NCBI GenBank assembly: GCA_964016885.1
Contig: OZ024754.1
Coordinates: forward strand, 44,950,001 to 45,014,000
Source: Eledone cirrhosa
Taxonomy: Eukaryota
Length of the DNA stretch: 64,000 bases
Direction of reading: 5' to 3'
Shown: positions 57,080 to 64,000 of the stretch, piece after piece
Layout of the letters: every line of letters starts with the position of its first letter
Numbering within the stretch: the stretch's first letter is position 1
Notes under the pieces: generated by a model
Databases searched by the model: none
Seen by the model: only the letters and a program-made list of their open reading frames with translations
Told to the model about the DNA's origin: nothing
Made by a program: the position numbers and the translations under genes

Positions 57080-57198
57080 GCAATACTTAGTGATTAAGTA
57101 TCTCATTTAGTTGAGCTATTATTGTACTTACTAAGCATATATGAGCCTCTCACTCGCACTTCTCACTGTCGCTCTCTCAACCTCTTTCTCTCTCTCTC

Positions 57199-57290
<92 letters not shown>

Positions 57291-57461
57291 GTATGTATGT
57301 CTGTTTGTATATATATATGCATCCATACATGCATATAGGAATGTAAGTATGTACATACATAACATATATATACATATATATATATATATGTGTGTGTGTG
57401 TGTTGTGTGTGTGTAGTGTGATTAGTACATAGAGTACATTTTCTCCTTGTTGATATTTTCG

Positions 57462-57592
<131 letters not shown>

Positions 57593-57802
57593 TAGATTTA
57601 TAATAATGGTGGCTGGGTGTAAGAAAGCAGTCACGTGATACATATGTGATACTTTGATGTAAAGGTGATGAGTCAAACAACATGATTTAGTTTCCTGTTT
57701 GCCAAACATATTCAGCTTCTTATCAACGGCACCAGCAATTGCCTTAAATATACGCCATCTTTGTTGTTACACACATATATATATATATATATAACAAATA
57801 TA

Positions 57803-57933
<131 letters not shown>

Positions 57934-58151
57934 GAAGTAATTCCGTCTGAAAGGTACAGTTAAATATATATATATATATAACAAATATATATATATGATA
58001 CATATATAATACATATATATATATATATATGTGTGTACACACGCTCACTCGCTCATTCACTCACACACACACACACATATATATGTGTGTGTGTACATAT
58101 ATATATGTATTATATATATATATATATATATACATATATATATACATATAC

Positions 58152-58182
<31 letters not shown>

Positions 58183-58203
58183 TATACACACACATATATA
58201 TAC

Positions 58204-58294
<91 letters not shown>

Positions 58295-58927
58295 TATACA
58301 TATACATATATAGATATATATATATATATATACACACATATATATACATATACATATATAGATATATAGATATATATATACACACACATATATATATATA
58401 TATATGTACATAGATATGTATCTTGACACACACATGCACCAATACACCAATACACATACACGTATATATATATATATATATATGTTTATATATATATATA
58501 TGAATATACATATATATGTGTGTGAGTGTGTCTGCTTGTCTGTGTATGTACGTGTGTATAATTCGGTTTGTGTATGTGCGCAAGGGTGTGCGTGCATGTG
58601 TGTGTGTATGTGCGTGTTTAAAATCTGTTCTTTGAGAGTGTATACACGTCTGTGGATCTATCCCCAGAGTATATATATTAGATTGTCATCTACGGTTGTA
58701 TATATCGTGTCTCTACACACGTGATATGGGGTAAATATTGAAGGTAAGTTACAAACATTAATATAGCAAAGTGTCAACAAACGCTCTTATCACCCGCAGA
58801 CGATATCTATAAATATTTCGAAACACAAAAATATTTACTTAGACACCCCGCCACACATACACTCTCGAGTACACTAACACACACATACATAGGCACATAT
58901 GCACACATCCATACACAAACATGCTCT

Positions 58928-58995
<68 letters not shown>

Positions 58996-59017
58996 CCCCC
59001 CCCCCCCCCCCCCACAC

Positions 59018-59051
<34 letters not shown>

Positions 59052-59329
59052 TATGTATATATGATGGTTATTAATAGTGACGCCATACATCCTTCATTCA
59101 TTACATGTTTAGTGTGTTTATTATACAAGCATATAAAACATGTATATATATATCCCACCAACACCCCACTCCCAAGAGCGTGAAACTAATAAACCTTTGT
59201 TCGTACTGCCTCTCTGTTTTGTTCCCGTTCAATTTTACACTATAAGAGAAACACTTATGTACTTCTTCCCAAGTGTAGAACTAAGACCTTGTGTTTTTGC
59301 ACCTCTGTGTTCATCTTGCTTATTCTTGA

Positions 59330-59428
<99 letters not shown>

Positions 59429-60401
59429 TCTCTCTCCCCCTCTCTCTCTCCTATATATATATATATATATATAATCAATATCTTGAAAAATGAAAGTGCC
59501 CATGACCATCCGGAGTACATAAGTAACCTATGCCTTAAGTTTGGTGAAAATACTATAGAAATGCATAAGGTTATACACACGCGCGCTCGGGGATATGTAT
59601 TTGTGTGTGCGTATGTATTTGTGTGTGCGTCGGGGCCTACGTATGTACTGGCCTAAATCTTCACTATTTACTTTTACTATTTTAATAACCTCTGTCATTT
59701 TCGTTTTCAATTTTATTTACATCATTCTAAAACTCCGGGGCTGGAAATTATTCGGTTATTTTAAATAGAATATTAGTCTAACGACTCCATTTATACCACA
59801 AACTTGGTCTTGTCTTTGCATGAAATTGTTCTTCTCGTTCCACATAACGACGTATTATCCTCGCTTTTTTTCCCGTTCATCGCAGGGAATGTCTTCACGA
59901 ACCAAAATATCGTCTTCCTGTTTTCCTTCGGTTGGAACGTTTCTCGAAATATTTACTTCTGCGTTCATAGATTACTCTCAGTTCAATTTGAATGGGAAAT
60001 TCCTGTTTCATCGATTTTCTCCGTAACCATGGAAGCTTGTACCCTAAAGTCGACCCAACGCCTCCTAGGGTCATTCTGCATAACTGTGTAAATTTTCGCT
60101 GCATTCCACCAAGCCGTTTCGACGTTTATCCGACCACTTCCAATTTATATAGTATATATATATATATATATATAGTATATATATATATATATATATATAT
60201 ATTACTTACAGTACATGCCAACTAAGTCGGTACTCACAGATTCCTGATAGTTTCCGATAAATCGTAGCAGATTAATCTCGCGTGCACCACCAATCTTCAT
60301 CCTTTATGAAAATATTAAATATTTATGCTTCCGATGCCTTCTTTACTTCTAGTGCTGAACCACTTTCAAGTATACACGCACACCACACACACATGCACAG
60401 A

Positions 60402-60544
<143 letters not shown>

Positions 60545-60898
60545 ATATATATATATATATATGGCTTTTTTCGTGGCAATATATATTTCTAACGCTAAAT
60601 TATTAATAACAATATACCGTATTTCTTCTCCGTTACACAAATAATATAACAGGTCACAACATCTTACAACCCTCTCCACCGCTTTGGATATTTCCACAAC
60701 ACTGCTACGTTGCATTGGTGCTTAGTGAAATATTTAATAACCGTATAAATCTAAAATATATTTAATTAAATTACACACCTTTATATAGAACAGATCCTTC
60801 ATAGATCAGTGATGTGTTCTTGTGAAGTCTGTCCCCTTGCGGGTAGCCTAGACCTATTAATGGATAAGCCGACTCTATATACATGTCTACATAAATAA

Positions 60899-60954
<56 letters not shown>

Positions 60955-61341
60955 CTACATAGAAAGATATATATGTTTGTGTGTGTGTATGTGTGTGTAA
61001 ATGTCGGAACATACTTGCGTGCATTAACATAACAAATAGATATCTCTGTATATATATACTTCTAGATGTATGTATAAATGTCTGTGTCTCTCTACAGAAA
61101 TATTAATACACTTCACACATCTTCTAAAGGAACCTAAATGCTAAGTCATGGAGAATGTCCAAGAATATCTCTCTTCTTCTTCTTCTTCTTCTTCTTCTTC
61201 TTCTTCTTCTTCTTCTTCTTCTTCTTCTTCTTCTTCTTCTTCTTCTTCTTCTTCTTCTTCTTCCAAATTCCTTCCTCATTCATTGTTTCTTATCCTTCGA
61301 AACGTGGTAGCATCCACCGTCGCCAACACGACTATCTCCCT

Positions 61342-61717
61342 ACAACCACCTCCACCACCACCACCACCACCTCCACCACCACCACCTCCACCACCACTAC
61401 CACCACCTCCACCACCACCACCACCACCGCCAACACCACCACCACCACCACCACCACCTCCTCCACCACCACCTCCACCACTACCACCACCACCTCCACC
61501 ACCACCACCTCCACCACCACTACCACCACCACCACCACCACTACCAACACCACTACCACCACCTCCATCACCTCCACCACCACTACCACCACCACCACCA
61601 CCACCACCACCTCCACCACCACCTCCACCACCACTACCACCACCACCAACACCACTACCACCACCACCACCACCACCACCACCACCACCACCACCACCAC
61701 CACCACCACCACCACCA
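61342..61717. repeat. (ACC)n array, preceded by (CTT)n at 61174-61263
   Basis: Direct reading. Confidence 0.95.
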
Positions 61718-61868
61718 AATCTACTACTATCATACTCTATAGATTTCTTAGAATGAGATCTGGCAACGACCCCAGACAAATCTCGTCTACTGAGATATGT
61801 TCAGCACGTCAAGTACATCGAAGCGTGACCTGCTCAAAATCATATATACTTTACAATATTTCTCCCCC

Positions 61869-61980
<112 letters not shown>

Positions 61981-62569
61981 CATATGAATATGTGAGTGTG
62001 TCTGTTTCTGTGTGAGTGTGTGTATATGTATGTATGTTTGTATATATATATATATATATATGCAAAGAATGTATACTTCAGCTATTACGTCCGTACATTT
62101 GGTACACATACATACAATAAATCTCGGTCTGTAAATGTACCCAGTATTTACACCCGAGGGTCCACTATAGAATCAATAGGCTCTATTGATATACCGACAT
62201 TCAGTGCATCTTAATCAACCATACATGTATAAAGTTATTCACAATTGATACACATGTATATGCTGTCTTTGTATTTTATGCACGAAATCTGACGCCAGAA
62301 TGTGGCTGAAACTTCCTCGAAATGTAGTTGCTTGACTGTCTTATGTAACCGTCTTACTGTGAGCATTTTTTGTTGGCGTTCGTATCTCACCTACCACCCT
62401 TTCACCTTGCTCTCCCCCCACCCAGAAGACGATCCTTCGTCTTTTCCGCCACCTACAGTCTGATCCCTCCACCTCACCCATTTATTTTAATTTTTTTTTT
62501 GTTTTCTTCTAGTCCCCACCCCTGGGCACTTCATATATAGCATTATATATATTTATAACTTATAATAAT

Positions 62570-62745
62570 CGTTTCTACTATAAGCAAAAGGACAGTAATT
62601 TTGGGGGAGGGGAAACTCGATCAAATCGACCCCAGCGCATTACTGGTGTTTTATTTTATCGACCCCGTAAGGAAGAAAGGCAAAGTTAACCTCGGCAGGA
62701 TTTGAACTCAGAATGTAAAGGGCTGTAACTCTATGCTGCGAATGC
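62570..62745 (-). mobile_element. SINE (major family)
   Basis: Reverse core GCAAAGTTAACCTCGGCAGGATTTGAACTCAG. Confidence 0.8.
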
Positions 62746-63772
62746 TTTTGAACATAAGTCTGACTTAAGGCTAGGCAGCAACAACAACAACAACAGCAAT
62801 AACAACAACATCGCGTAGAATCTACATACATTCTCTGTAAAAAAAAGCCCTAACTCAATTCCTCTTCGCTACATTGCAAAAATACAGATGATGGCTGTAC
62901 TACCCGTATTTACATCTCAGCCACTCGGGTCTCACGTTACAAGAACCGTCACCACACCCACCACACCCTTCTGCCACCCCATGACACATCGAAAATACTA
63001 AGATCGATCACCACCAGTGTTTATCCATTCAGAAACGACCAACTAACAGTTCAATATAACCTCATTTTCGTGCCGCATCCTTAAATTATGATACCACCAA
63101 ATACCAGTAATTAGACAAAACACCCTTTATAGAGTAGCTTGGCTTGTAAGAAATAGAAGCTAAATCAATAATGTGTTTATTTTCAATACCACCACCACCA
63201 TCGTCAACAGCACCAATACCACTATCACCACGATCATCCCCACTACCACCACCACACCACCACCACACCACCACTACTACCACCACCACTACCATACCAC
63301 CACCACCATATCACAACCAGCACCATTGCCACCACCATCACCACCATCACCACCATCACCACCATACCACCACCACAACCACCACCACCAAACTTGGCCA
63401 GTCAACCGTATCGTACACTGCTGCGGCCAATGAAAAGACACAATAGATTCCTTTCCCTGTGGTCCTTAATTAAACCTCATTAGAAGTAGAGGTAGGGCTT
63501 TTAATTAAGGTTCAACCTTATTTCCTCTTTACATTAGAATTATTTTCAACTGCGTTGGTGGATGTCATTTTAAGTATCACTGCTTCCAGCTTTCTCTTTT
63601 TCCCTTCTCCCTCTCTCTTATTTTCTCTCCATCCTCCTCACTTCTCCCCCCCCCCCCATGTCTCTCTCACACCCTTCTCTATATATATATATATCAGTTT
63701 CAGTCTATCACTTGGGATCTCTCTTCCTCTCTCTTTCTCTCTCGCTCAATCAACCTCTCTATCAGTCTCCCC

Positions 63773-63822
<50 letters not shown>

Positions 63823-63850
63823 TATAAATGAACGTGTGTATATTATATAG

Positions 63851-64000
63851 AAATCGGTAGAGGGTCGGACACTATGCCTTGACGCATAGAGTTACGCCCA
63901 TTGCCATTCTGAGTTCAAATCCCGCCGAGGTTAACTTTGCCTTTCATCCGTACGGGGTCGATAAAATAAAGTACCAGTAATGTACTGAGTAATTGCTGGC
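63851..64000 (+). mobile_element. SINE (major family), runs off the window
   Basis: Matches 44380-44530. Confidence 0.85.

Noticed and set aside
59780-60140. Higher-complexity island with short overlapping ORFs
   Set aside because: No recognisable domain or convincing splice-site pair.

Overview
This is eukaryotic, AT-rich DNA saturated with microsatellites. The repeat landscape is consistent with an octopus or other coleoid cephalopod genome (inference). Nearly all ORFs in the supplied track are translations of simple repeats. The only host gene I can support is a minus-strand RhoU/RhoV (Wrch/Chp-type) GTPase: exon 1 at 16839-16341, a 59-nt exon 2 at 1831-1773, and the rest off the left edge. 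The other sequence is tRNA-headed SINEs, RTE- and Tx1-like LINE fragments, piggyBac- and pogo-like MITEs, and minisatellites. The main discovery is a dense set of short non-coding elements of several sequence families, mostly embedded in (TA)n tracts. They carry type I hammerhead ribozyme motifs (about ten complete or near-complete cores read directly from the sequence) and often form long palindromes whose centres lie in or just 5' of the ribozyme. Many share a downstream ACTC...GAGTRCT hairpin. They look like Penelope-like (PLE) pseudo-LTR or retrozyme-type units. One hammerhead palindrome lies in RhoU/V intron 1. All folds were done by eye and no ribozyme activity is demonstrated.
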